Source of the DNA: Eukaryota sp. GEM-RC1
Taxonomy: Eukaryota
Direction of reading: 5' to 3'
Length of the DNA stretch: 64,000 nucleotides
Assembly (NCBI GenBank): GCA_040285855.1
Contig: JAUFOQ010000001.1
Coordinates: forward strand, 2,046,001 to 2,110,000
The translations under genes and the position numbers were made by a program. The notes under the pieces are model-generated. The model was given only the letters and a program-made list of their open reading frames with translations, did not search any database and was not told where the DNA came from. This document shows positions 27,715-40,590 of this stretch, piece by piece (positions within the stretch are counted from its first letter, which is position 1; each line of letters begins with the position of its first letter).

Positions 27715-29220
27715 TCAAAATTCATCCTCCGAAGACGAGCCGAGAAAATCTTTAAGTGTACCCAAACCCGCCATTTTGAGAGCAGTATTTATCTCATCAA
27801 GGTCTTTTTTCGGTACCAATTCACTAGCTATGCTGTCCCAATCCTGTATATTTGCGAGCGTCTCCAGGTGAACAACGGTAGGTTGACCTTCACTAGAACG
27901 ACCATTTTGGTTGCGACCACCGCCCCTCGTGTTTCTTTTCTCGTTCTTCTGTGGTATTTTTTCCTTCTTCATTGGGATTTCATGCCTCACATCACCGACT
28001 GGATTATGCATCGGACCGCTATATACACTAAGCAATTCGTTGGTTTTCAGTTCAGGAGATTCTTCTTCCATCTTAAAGTCCTTGTACTGTTTGTGACATT
28101 CGGCAAAACTGGAATAAATTCGAAGAAGCAAAAACACTGCAAGAGCTAATGCAACAATGAATCCAAGAGCTACCAAAAATCCTAGTAAGTTGGTGACGAT
28201 GGAATAAGGAGCAAGATCAGTGTCACAAAGCCGGTCAAAAATGCAATCATCGAAATACTTACGACCCAACAATCCAATTCCTCTTCCAAAGTACTCGGAC
28301 AACATAAAACCACCAAATAAATAGGTAATCAATAAGTACTGGATCCATGAGAGTCTCGACATTCGCTGAGTTTCTTCTTCTTTTTCTTCAAGTTTGTACA
28401 ACAATCTGAACCTGATACTATTCATGAGAACCAAAGCTGTCATGGCTATGGTAATTCCATGACGATCCTCAGTACCTCCCCAAATGGGAAGAGCTAACAT
28501 GAACAGACCAAAGGTTTGTAAACCACAAATAAATCTATGTGCATATTTGTCGTTTTTCCACAAAATAGAAAATGGTAACAAACAAAAAGCGATAGGACTT
28601 TTTTCAAATTTGTCTGCAGTTGTTTGGTAGACTACGTTTGAATAATAAGTGAAAGGACTAATGAATACATGGAACAGTACCATACCACAGATTCCAAAAA
28701 AGACAGGCAGGAACTGTATGAAGCTCAATAAAAGGAAGATAGTCTGGAATATGATCATTGGTGACATACTTTCCCATGCAACGTGTTCATAGATACCACA
28801 GAATCGATTTGGAACTTCCAAACATCTGGGAGACCCAAAGAATATATCATATTCACGGAACACGAGAGAAACCGGGAAGGCCAAGATGTAGCCAATGAAA
28901 TGGAAGAGAAGAATGGTGTAGTAGGGAGATAAAGCGATATAAACCACACAGAACGATAAAATAGCAAGCACTCTTAGAGAAGCCGCCATATTGCGGAACA
29001 TTTCTATGATCTTCTTCCTTCCATGGATGATAAGAAAATAGAGGAGGGACAGCGCCCAAAACATCATAAAGTTCAAGAACTTTGTGTCCTCATTTGTGAG
29101 TGAATAAAACGCTGCCACCATACCTCCTGTTCCAGCAAGGAGCAGGACCAAATGCATTGGGAAGATGAAGGTCTTGTTAGTAGAGAAACATTGTTTGAAG
29201 AGGAACTTGAGAAATAACAT
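27715..29220 (-). CDS. Uncharacterised multi-pass membrane protein (501 aa)
   Basis: Longest uninterrupted ORF; roughly ten hydrophobic segments followed by a charged C-terminal tail; no family recognised. Confidence 0.8.
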   Translation of the reverse strand: MLFLKFLFKQCFSTNKTFIFPMHLVLLLAGTGGMVAAFYSLTNEDTKFLNFMMFWALSLLYFLIIHGRKKIIEMFRNMAASLRVLAILSFCVVYIALSPYYTILLFHFIGYILAFPVSLVFREYDIFFGSPRCLEVPNRFCGIYEHVAWESMSPMIIFQTIFLLLSFIQFLPVFFGICGMVLFHVFISPFTYYSNVVYQTTADKFEKSPIAFCLLPFSILWKNDKYAHRFICGLQTFGLFMLALPIWGGTEDRHGITIAMTALVLMNSIRFRLLYKLEEKEEETQRMSRLSWIQYLLITYLFGGFMLSEYFGRGIGLLGRKYFDDCIFDRLCDTDLAPYSIVTNLLGFLVALGFIVALALAVFLLLRIYSSFAECHKQYKDFKMEEESPELKTNELLSVYSGPMHNPVGDVRHEIPMKKEKIPQKNEKRNTRGGGRNQNGRSSEGQPTVVHLETLANIQDWDSIASELVPKKDLDEINTALKMAGLGTLKDFLGSSSEDEF

Positions 29221-29639
29221 GAATGTGATGAGACCACCGACTTGAGAAAGACAGAATCAATGACAGAATGACCTTCTAAGATTAGATGAGCAAGTCAAGT
29301 GAAGTCAAGTGAAGTCAAGCTACTATAACTAAGAATTGGGCCAAACAGACAGGAGAATCATTGGGTTTTGCCTCGGTGACGACTAAAATCTGATCTGACT
29401 GAGACGGTATTTTTGTATTGTCTGGATTTTCTGTATTGTTTTAAAGGAGTGGTCTGAAACACAACAATTTGTCTTTGAAAAACTTAATCTCGGTATCAAT
29501 ACCTACTAGTATCAGTATTACATCATGTCTACAGACAGTACTCTTCACAAAGTCTTCCTGCATTACTATTCCTGAGTTCAACTTGACTGGTATCAGTTAC
29601 TAACTCATGACATTCCGTTACACACTCTATCCATCTTCC

Positions 29640-30140
29640 ACACACTGACAGTTTTTCACTTCGAAACACAAATCTATCGTCGGCGAAACTAAATCTCTTG
29701 TCAACTCATCCACCCCCATCTGTTCTCTAAGTCTAGTCTCTAAACTCTCAGTTACTTCATTCTTCTTGACATCGAAGTCGTTCCTCCCACTGTCAGAACT
29801 AAGATCGAACTAGCACTAACCCAAGATGAAGACGTTGGTGACGGAACAACCTCAGTCATGATCCTCGCTTCTGTACTCCTTGCCTACGCTAAACCTCTCT
29901 TCAACAGTCACCTCATCATCATCCTTGAAGATTACAACATGCTTCTCTTCATTACTCTCGCTATACTTACTTACATGAAACAACACGAATGAGGTTTCAA
30001 ACCTTGCTGAGTCTACTCTTGGTAATAAGTTTGTCTCTCGCTAAATTGTTCACTTTTACCGTTTTGCTGACGCTGTTTCACCCTAACCCGCACTATTTAT
30101 GATGAATTCAACATTAAGAAGTTTATTAGAATAAGTATTA
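29640..30140 (+). pseudogene. CCT3: CCT-gamma 5' fragment, copy 3
   Basis: 'TQDEDVGDGTTSVMILAS' near 29820-29870. Confidence 0.8.
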
Positions 30141-30397
30141 AGAGAAGTTTACCTCAACCTAAACATCCACTAAGAGATTAATTGAGAATCATCGTGTGGT
30201 TTACTGGTATTACTTGTATTTTTGTTAAATTATCGTTCAGTTCTGACATCAAATCACGATAGTGAAAGCAACATCTTTTGTGACAACCAATACAATAAGG
30301 GATGGGAAATATTGCATTGGCATTACATGTGTATTGAAAAACTGCTCACCATTCAATATTATATTGGATCCAGTATATTGGTTCATATTGTAATATA

Positions 30398-31194
30398 CAG
30401 TATCCTCTCTATATTTTCTCGCTGTATATCTTCTCACTCTCTATAAATTCTCGCTTTTTTCAATTCCCTAAGTCATTTGGTTATCTAACTTCTCGGTTTA
30501 TATCTTCTCGCTTTTTATGAGCCAAACTATCAAACATCGTAAACCAAAACCCGTAGAAATCGGTGTCAAACAATCAGCGCTACTCATTTAGTATGCTGAT
30601 AAAAATGCACACTTAAAGAATACCAATCTAGCCCTGTGGCCAAAGAAACCTTCAATTTTCCTGCACCTCCTCACCGAACAACTATAGTAAAAATACTCAA
30701 ACGACGTGCTCAAATTCTTGAACAAGCAATTACACTAGAAAAGAAGTTAAGACAATCAAAAGGACACGAACATTAAAATATTCTGAACTAGATGCAGCTC
30801 TTGTTTTGTTTGTGGAAATGAACTTGCCACTGATGATAATCACTGAAGACGTAATTCTGGCAACCACCAGCTGAAGTCTCTAGAACAGAAGTATAAAATG
30901 CTCTTACAGCTTTGCAATCCTATGTTTCTGTCAACTTTCACTGAAAACACTCCTCGTAATGCACTTTGGATGAAGTTTAACGTGAGTTTCAGGAATTAAG
31001 AGTTGAAGAATTGAATCAAAGAACTTTGATGCACTTTTTCCACTCTTCAAACAATGCACATGTGATTGATATTGAGTATACTTATTAAACATATGTATTA
31101 TTTATGTTTTAAACATAATTGCATATCTTCTCGCTCTCTATATCTTCTCGGTTTTTTGTGTTCCCAAAGGCGAGAAGATATAGAGAGGATACTG
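30398..31194 (+). mobile_element. Internally deleted pogo/Tigger-like element, 797 bp
   Basis: 25-bp TIR CAGTATCCTCTCTATATYTTCTCGC (24/25) with TA on both sides; internal CENP-B-type HTH remnants 'PHRTTIVKILKRR' and 'ELDAALVLFV'. Confidence 0.88.
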
Positions 31195-34100
31195 TATTTA
31201 GATTGTATAGTTACTAAACATAAAGTAAAGAAATACTTATGCATAGTACTTAAAAGTTATCGGATGCAAAATGCATCAAGATGTATCTTACAAGAAACAG
31301 TGCAGACGATTCGATTTGATAACGATCTACTTTTTTTCAATTCTGCCCTCGTAACAGCGCCATTTCTTAACAAAGTTATTTTCAAGGTGTCCTGGCAACG
31401 AAAATGTGGTTAATGTTGATTATTTGAAACTCTGTTGGATACATATGACAACTCAACTGTTGTACAGAAACTTGTGATATTTGAACAGATACGATCATTG
31501 GTCGTCATACTTGAGAGCAGAAGAGGTGTTTCTAATGACATAGAAGGGATTTCGAAAGCTCAAGAGTTCTTAGATTTTAGGACTCAGGCTCACAGCAAGC
31601 CTTAATCACATGCTTTTGAACAGTTTGCCGAGACGATAGAACCTTCACACGACTGTCAAGCACTTTTAGCATCTTGAGTAGTGCATCATTGCCTTTAGTA
31701 GGGGGTAGTAAAACTGTATGCGAGGTCTTGATTAAAAATATTACAAAGAAAAGAAGCTGTTTCTGTTTTTCAGGTAGAAGTTGACAAGTAGGTGGGTTTA
31801 AATTGGATGTGAGTCGACTAAGTGGGTTTATAGACAGTTCTGCTCATTCTTGTTTGTTGTTTGCGAGCAAATCTAGGCGTTTTCCTCGCAAATGGTAGTT
31901 GAGAGTGTTCTTTCCTGTAGTCTTTGCGTAAGGCTCTGAAGATTTACAGCAGGAAGGATTATTGCAGAAGATTAAACTAACGGTTGATTTAACCCGACTT
32001 TTCTCAAAGTGTGTGTCATTTTGGATTTCAACGAAATTAACAAGATTAGATGCTACTTTGATTTATAGTTTTTAGTGATGAAATGCAAAAGATATATTGC
32101 TATATATTATCAAAAGACTCAGTAAGGTTTAGAGTCAACGACGGAAAACGACCAACCAGAGGAAATCATTAAGATACAAAAGGCTTGGTCAACCATTTCG
32201 ACTACCCACTACTCAGAAAACAAGATTTCTTCAGATATGTCATGGTGAACTTGTTGAGCTTAGCACTGGATGTTTTTCACTCACAGTGGTTATCAATCCA
32301 GGCTCTATAAGCGTTATCTAGCGTATCTCTATCTTGCCGTGTACCTTTCCAACCATCACACTTAAGAAGGTGTTTGGATATTAATATAGCAATGTCTTCA
32401 AATGAAATTTGGAGTATCAATGGATGTAATTAAATGAGTCGTTTCACGACTCCATAAAGAAAAGACAAGGGTGACAATGCTATCATTTTATTAACGGACA
32501 ATTCGCTGTAAAACTATGATAAAAATGGGGAACGACTGGTAGAGGCAATGAAACTACCGAGTATTGTAAAATAAGTGGCTGATGATGTAAGATATTCATT
32601 AGATGAGGCAACATCATTTAATATAGTTCTTGCTCAGAACCAACAGTTTGAGACTAAACCAAAAGCTACCGCTGTTAGTAATCAGATGAAAATGAGTTGT
32701 GTACGTTCAAAGTGGCAAAATGACAAAATTTCGATGTGTACATGCTGTTACTGTAGTTGAGGAAATATCCGGTTCCTGACACAACTCATTTGACTCATGA
32801 TTTGAGACTAAAGTTGTTTCACAGAGAGTACCGTTAGCAATAGTTTTCTTACAATTTCCGACATAAACTGTACTACAAAATAAAAATAATTCCACACAAA
32901 CATGTCGTCAGAAGAGATTGTTATGACTTTCAATAATTGTATCTTCCATGACCACCTACGCTGTCAACCTGTTCGGGAAGAATAGTGGTGGCGGAAAAGA
33001 CGGAGAAATTTTAGTCTTGCTGAAATCCCAACATTATTATTCGCCGGCTTTATTTTATGTCTTTAAAACATCGTACCACTAAGCGCGATACTTGTTCAGC
33101 GAATCTGTTTAACCATCTCTAGGACTAGGAAGTACTGAAGATGTAGTTCCACTCTGAGATTAAACCGAAGTAATTGAAATCTTGAATAACGTGTCTCTTC
33201 CTGCTACTATATCTGATAACTCTAACTCTTACGAATGCACCCTCTGAAACATTCAATTGGAAGTGGTCTTGTGTATACTTGAAGATCACTTTTCATGTTC
33301 TGTAAAGCAAGAACATTTTCTTCAAATCACTAAAATTGTCTTATGCCTCAAATAGGCGTTGGGTGAGAATATAAAATCATATGTAAACTAGAGATAGAAC
33401 TAAACACTGGTTTATTCTGTAAATGATCATGAAGTGTCGTGACCCGTCGTTTGACAGCACTAATTCCGATCTTTGGACTGATGATGTGATGTGATTGACA
33501 CCAAAGTTGTTTCAATTCCGGGCATCGCTTCTTGATTTTGTTGATGTTCTATTATTCTGTTAGGTAATGGTGACTGATATGTCGGTTGCAACATGCATTT
33601 ACTACAGGATCTAGTCTACGCTAACACTATTTGTCAATTTGTTTGTGAAGTTCAATTGTAGGTTACATTCACTTATTTTTTGATACGTCTCTTCATTACA
33701 GACTACACGCCTTTTAGAGAGGTGGAGCCATGTTTGTACATGATCCACTGAACAATTTGATTCCTGTGGTGAATCACATTATGAATCATTTGCCAAGAAC
33801 TCAAGAAACATTTTATTAGGGTACACGAAACATGAAAAAGTTTCCAAAACGCTTGTTTGCATTTGGAAACCAATTGGAATTCGGGATGACGTCTCCGGAA
33901 ATTCCATTAGAACATCATACTTATACAGTGTTACAAAGCGTTTATTGTCATAGAAACTCACCAAAAACTATAACCTTCAAGCATATCATACAGAGTGGGT
34001 GATCTCCCATTCTACTCTATTGGACAATTCGATCTAAAACAAGATTGTTGTCAGACTCTGATTTAGATACAAGAGATCCGATTTCTTCAATTCTTTCTTC

Positions 34101-34559
34101 TTCTTCAACATCCTGCAAAACTAAGTCCACAAATGATCTCATCTCCTATTCATCCACATCAGAAACCACTCCTACTAGATTTCGCCACTGGGGGTTATCA
34201 TTCAAGTACTCTGCTATATCTAAACAACGTTTTTTTTTGATGCAAATATGTCTCCTACATATAAAGTAATATGCAAATGATAAAAGGTCTATGAGTGTTT
34301 TATGTGATATCAATTTCCATTTGAGTGGTTAGTGAAATATGGATTTGGGAGATGAGTGTTATTGATATTTTTGCTTAAAAAAAGAAGTAAAGTGCAAGTG
34401 ATTCTTCAGCATTGTTCATCGTGTTAAAAACATTTCAGCTACTTCCATCTGTCTAGCTACTGTGAACAATCTCAATTCCATTGTTCTTGTTCTTACTGCT
34501 CAACTTCTTTACAGTTGTCGTAAACATCCACTGGATTGGGTTTGTTCCCATTCACAAAG

Positions 34560-34900
34560 TCAAGCAGGTTCAGCAAGGAATACCAACCTGGAATACTTCT
34601 TTATCGCTCATCAAACAGCCGTTGAATTGGGCAGAAGATATAGGTTTGTCTATTCCTTGGACTGTACTTACAAAACGAACAAATACTCTATTCTGTAGAC
34701 TTGTTTTTGGTGGGAAAACTTCTCAAAACAAGTCTACAGAATCCCATAAACATCTTCCTCTCTTAGACATGGTTCCACCTAAGAGAGTCACTTCCATACT
34801 TGAGGCACATTTTCCAGGCACATACATCACTTCTAAGGATGTACAGAACCTTCGTGCAAAAGACCAATCTATAGTAGGTGGAAGTAGCAGCAGAATGAAT
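34560..34900 (+). pseudogene. MULE transposase fragment
   Basis: 'LEYFFIAHQTAVELGRRYRFVYSLDCTYKTNKY' (DxTYKTN). Confidence 0.8.
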
Positions 34901-35068
34901 GGCCTTATTAATATGTTTTCCCTTACTTACGTATCATGAGAAAAATTACCATCATATGTCTGAAGTTTGCTCACACCAGTAACAAGCATGAATTTCTTTA
35001 AATCTTCCTCTCGCACACCTAACTTTTATTCTTCTCCCCCTCAGAATTCCCCTTCATCCGTCCGTTTC

Positions 35069-35125
35069 TGCAACTTTTGTAAGAAACCCGGACACACTAT
35101 CGACTTCTGCCGTGACCCGGAATGC
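35069..35125 (+). pseudogene. Isolated Gag CCHC zinc-knuckle remnant
   Basis: CNFCKKPGHTIDFCRDPEC; mirrored near 51445-51505. Confidence 0.7.
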
Positions 35126-35349
35126 AAAAGAAGCAAACTTAGCCCCTCCAACAAATTCTCTAATAACCCCAAACCTAAAGATCAACCTAAGAATAAACCC
35201 TAAAATCGAAGGAACCCAACGGTCAACAGAACCTACGGAACCAGACAGAATTCCGCTCCTCAACAAACTAATTGTATTTTTAACACAAAAGAGGCCTCTT
35301 TAATCCCTGAGGTTAAGTGAATATAAAGTGACTCAGTTTCTCTTCTTGT

Positions 35350-35694
35350 GATTAATTTTGTTTAGTTGCTGCCAAAGAAAGCCTATTCCTTGAAGCTATA
35401 GACGATATCGACGATCGCAAAGACGAAGAGTTTTTAACAATGATGTTCAATGAAATAATTGATCATATTGGCAGCCATTATGTCAATCTAGTTATTACTG
35501 ATGGTGCACAACATTATATGAACGCTGCTATGAACCAAACCTTCAAATTCAAGCACATTCGTGGAATCCGTTGTGCTATTGGTATTCATACAATGAATTG
35601 TTTTTTAAAGACAACTGTACATCAGAGTCTAGTCACAAAATCCCTTCAATTGTTTTTCTCTGACAAAGGGCCACAAAGGTCATCAACTTTGTAA
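35350..35694 (+). pseudogene. DUF659-type hAT transposase fragment
   Basis: 'FLEAIDD..EIIDHIGSHYVNLVITDGA..IRCA..HTMNCFLK'. Confidence 0.7.
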
Positions 35695-36249
35695 TAAACA
35701 AACCATTTGTCCGAAAATTGATGAAAACCCCACCAATGTAGTGGGTTTGCTGTAACTACTTTAAAATCATCTTCGACTGTGACTTTTTGTTCTGTGTGCT
35801 CTTTCTTTTCATCAGAATATTAAATTCATTGAGCAGTAGAATTGGATTTAGTATACTCTACTGGGGAATTGTTGTCTTGATTTAGTATTCTTGTTCCCAC
35901 TCTGCAGGTTACACAGCCTGGAATCTGTTTGTATTCATATTCATGTGGTTAGTTTTGAGCAGAACGATCATACTTCATGTGGAAACCACAACAAAATTGG
36001 ACAAAACAATGGTCTTTTTCGAAGTCGTGTATGTAGTTTACAAATTATAAACAAAATTTCTGTGGTAAAATGTCAAGTGAACTTTCCACTGATTAAATAA
36101 TCAAAAGACAAAAGAGGATGAAGTTCTGAGTGGGAGACTTTTCTTCCCCCACTGACTGGAACTACACTAAAATGAAATGATGAATCACTAACATCAATCG
36201 AGTAATGTAAAGAAACGGTGAAAGAGGGATTTCAGGGATGTTCAGTCAC

Positions 36250-37370
36250 CAAAAATATCGTTAAACATTCCAGCACATTCTAGCACTAGTATAAAACCCA
36301 TTAATACCAGAAATTCTTAGCAATAAGACAACAACATCAATGAGAAGTGACCTTTGGTCGTCTCAAAAGTATTTCCAGTGAGTAAGGTTTGGACCAGCAA
36401 TCAGTGAAATGATGGATTCTATTGATGAAAGATCGGTAACAAGGACATCAACGGAATGATCTCAGTCACGTGTTAGATCGAGAGAGATCAAGACCAAGAC
36501 AAGTTTAAGGTTTTTGTTGATGAGTTAGAGAACGACTATTCGGAATATGAGTTATTACACGACGAAGAGTAAGCTTGCATGGAGATAAGTGAGGACGGGT
36601 AGAAAGAGAGGGTAAATCGGAAAAGGAAGACTGAAACTCAAGCATCATGTACAACTGCAAGACAGAGTTGTAGATTTGGACACACATCAGAACGTAAAGG
36701 GAAAGAACGAACCTAATCAGAGAAGAAACATCCGAAAATGAGAAAATGAGCAACGTAGTGATGACAAGGGAAGAATGACGAAGATTATAGAACTGTTAAG
36801 ACTCGGGAGGTAGACAGAATGAATGTCTAGAGAGCAAACGTTGATACTGAGGATGAACTTCTTCATTCACTCCATCATGTATGAACTTTAAACACTTGAT
36901 CCCGTCTTTACGCCGTGGGACCTCGCCTTCTACTCTCATATGATCTTCATTCCTTCATCTGTCTTTGTATCCGCGCGTGAACTATCAATCAATCATCTCC
37001 CGTGATCACTTCATCCTTGTTTCTCGATGTCTCTACTCCTCTATCTCTACTCGTCGCTTATCTAACATATGTTTCTGTAAATGGTAGGTATTCTTCTTAA
37101 TCCAGGTATCCTCCTTAGCCTTGGATTATTTACTCTATTACATGTGTATTATGTGTACTCATTTCATCTTGTTTGACTGACATTGTCTATGGTATCACGT
37201 GGTCAATGATGACGTGATTGATACTGCTCGTCTGCTCTTCTGTTTGTCTATATCTCTTGATATTCTATCGTGAACGTGTTGATCATCTTTGAAGGTCTCT
37301 CTTTTGTGATCGCTTACCGGTCTAAAATTGTTTATCTGTTTTAACATTCATAACAGAATATTAAAAGTAA
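36250..37370. repeat. R1 copy (inverted)
   Basis: Reverse complement of 1400-2520. Confidence 0.9.
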
Positions 37371-39293
37371 GTTTTATTTTGTATTGTCAATTTTTTGCGT
37401 CTTTTTCTAATTTTCCTCAGGGCTACCAAAATAATACGATCTTATAATTCCCTACAAAACCCTACCTCAACTTTGTAGTTTACTTCTGAAAACTAGATCC
37501 AGTATAATTTGAATTCCTTGAGATCTATCAACTCTTCAAATATATATTCTAGGCAAAGAGCTTCTTCTTCATCTGACAGAAGATCATATTCAGTTCTTGA
37601 AAGCGGAAGACCTGGTTGGACTCGAAAATTAGTTCGTTCGAAAGAGAACTTATCAGATGTAAATCGTCTGTAACGACCTGAAGATTTACCAGTTTGCTCC
37701 ATATAATGGTCCACATTTTGGTATTCATCAATGAGATCGTTGATTGTGATAACGAATGATTAAAGGTCTTAGAAGACAGACCTGAAACGTATCGAATCAA
37801 CTAGACCTCATCTAAGCCACACAGTTTAGTTGCATTGCAGGACAAATTAACACTGATTTCTTTACTTAACGCGTACTATAAAAGAGTTATTTTGCATGTC
37901 GTCAACACTTACAGTTCTGCAATCACTACAAACATCAGTTGACATTATCTTTATTTCAAAATTTATTAACCAAACTAAACATTGTTAGGGGAGGTTATCT
38001 TCAACATTCATGATGTTGGAGAAGTTAGCTTGTGCGGCTTCTGTTAAGTTTGCCTGACTTGATCGACAATGGTTACGAGCCGATATGTATCCTTCGATGT
38101 CCTCCAGAAGGAACTTTCTTTCAGCTCTCTCTCATCTGTCGTTTCAAGTTATCAGTAGTGAGGCGCTGAACAACAAAAGATGCAACGTTGTCAGCAAGCA
38201 TTTGGTCTTTTGAAATAGCCTCCACGGATTGAATGGCAAATAGTTTCGCTTTGTAGGATGCTTCCTTACATGGAATGGAACGAAGAGACGCTTTTTTGAC
38301 TCGTACAGAGACTTCCACGTTCTACAAAATATAATATGTTCTATATATGATAGATATCTTCAAGTTTTCTGAACTAGAAACGTTTACATTTAAATTTTTA
38401 CCTGCAATTGTCGCAAATTTACAAATAATGTTGATCTTATTAACATATATTATACCTTTCATAGAAATACCAACGACACATGATGTGGTCGCCTGAATTG
38501 CCAAACTTTCTTCAGCCAAATCACTCAGAATTGGATAGCTGCCTTTACTTTGGTGCAGATGGAATTCTACAGGTCTTTGTTGGAGTTAAACACATTCAAA
38601 GAGGAGAAACAAGAAATTGGTGTAACAAAAATCTATTGAGTACTACATGTAGTAACGTTGTCAGCATACTACACTAAATTAATTAACCACAAAGACGAAA
38701 GTCGATTGGTGTTTTTTCAGTACTCTTCATTTAATGGAAGATAATATCTATAAACCACATGTAGTGTATCCCTCATCGAACTTTTTGTTCTTTCCAGCTT
38801 CCTGATTGTTTTGGTTCTGCGGTTCACAAACCAAATTGACAGCAAAATTATGCGTTTATAAAATGTCAAGTATCAGTTCAGTTTACATTTTGTTGATAAC
38901 AGCAGGTCATGTTTTGACAGTTGTTGCTCAATTGAGAGTAATTCTACTGATACGGGATCTGCAATCACAAAACAAGTAGTATCAATATATTGGTTTTGAT
39001 TTTGGACGATCAATTAATTATTGATACATTATTTATTGCAATATATTGAGATACATATATTTATGAAAAGCCCTGGTTGGATATGTCATTCTTATATGTC
39101 ACTTCAATGAATTTGGGTAAATTTCTAGTGTTCTTGAGAAAACTGTATTGAATAAATGTAGAAAGTTCAAGTTTACTCCAAAGTGTACTTAAATGTAGGG
39201 ATTATTGATGAGCTCTTCATGTTATCAGTTCTGGCATCATTGAAAATCAGTTCTAATGTATTAACTTGGTTCGGGTGTAGCATGAGTGAAAAG

Positions 39294-40590
39294 CAGGGAT
39301 CGAAAAAATATATTGCAATATATTTCTGGCAAAAAATATGTACAATAAATATATTGGAAAAAGTGATCATTGCAATAAATATATTGGAAAATGTGATAAT
39401 TGCAATAAATAATTGCAATATATTGCAATATTTTGGGTAAAATTTGGTCTGTGAAAATGTAGGAAAATGAGATGTTTTTGCTGAAATTTACTGACTGACA
39501 ATCAACCACTGGTTACCCCTTTCAGATACATGTATGAAGAACTGCTTCTTGACGAAACTAAAATGGTTTATTTAAGCAAAATACTTATTCTACGTGTATG
39601 TCGAAGGACAAATTTAAGTTCTACGAGAACCAATGATGGTTCTAATGGTGTTTTCATCCCAATGCGACCTGTTATAGAGAAGAAACAGTTGTTTCTCCAA
39701 AGATTCTGCAGAAAGTCGAGTTCTTAAGCAACCACCTGATAACTTAGATCTACTAAAAAGTCGCTCAAGGGCGTTTGATGTTGCTGGAATGAAAGCAAAA
39801 TTAATGTAGTCAGACGATGATGGTGCATCTTTTATACTCTTAAGCTGGTTGGAAATTGAATTATCAGGGGAAGATGACATCTGAGGAGCTGAGATTGAAG
39901 TATCAGGGGAAGATGACAACCGAGGAGCTGATTCTAAAGGACGATCTTCTTTTAATAGACGACTTACAGAATTGCGCTCATGAATAGTAAGACATGATTC
40001 ATTACCTTCAGAGATCTTGATAATGGCGTTCTCAAAATGAGGGGAATGAACTATTGAACTTGGAGGGTTATACATGGTATAAGTGTTCATAGTAACATAC
40101 TTAGCATGCAAAATAGAAAAGGCACTCTTTGACGCAGAAAGTGAAGTGCCGTCGTTCTGTAAAAATTTTGTAATACTGTCAAAATCGCCATAAGCGTCGG
40201 ATAGTTGACGAACAAATACGTTGTCGTTGAAACAAAGAACGTACCTTCCAACGTCGGGACCAAAATGGTCGTAAATTTGGAGCTCAAGATATTTTAAGTG
40301 ACGCCTAATCATAGATATAGCTGAAGACCAGCGGGTCGCATTCCTCTTCAACGGACGAAGTTCAGTGAGGTTACGTAGAATTAAGGAATTTTTAACGTGT
40401 CGAAGCTCACGGAAAAGTAAATCCAACTTTTTAAGTACGTTGTCTGCTTCATCGGAGTAATGTTTAACCTCTAAGGCCATCCTGTGTGATGCACATCCGA
40501 TAAAAGGTATTTCCAATAGATCGGCCAGACGTGTGTTCGTCGAACAGTTGTCCCTGACTAGGAAAAGCAAATGACTCCTGTTTCGATCAA
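39294..40590 (-). mobile_element. 5'-truncated hAT-like element: transposase ORF 39614-40570 plus terminus
   Basis: 'LVRDNCSTN', 'GCASH', 'TRWSS', 'PATSNALERLFS'; terminus CAGGGATCG at 39294 with ~30-bp subterminal tandem repeats (tgcaataaatatattggaaa). Confidence 0.85.

Noticed and set aside
27868..29059. Short ORFs overlapping the membrane protein, and similar antisense ORFs within the retrotransposon
   Set aside because: Shadow frames of longer, better-supported ORFs
39305..39435. CRISPR-like or satellite array
   Set aside because: Tandem ~30-bp units without unique spacers; these are subterminal repeats of the hAT element
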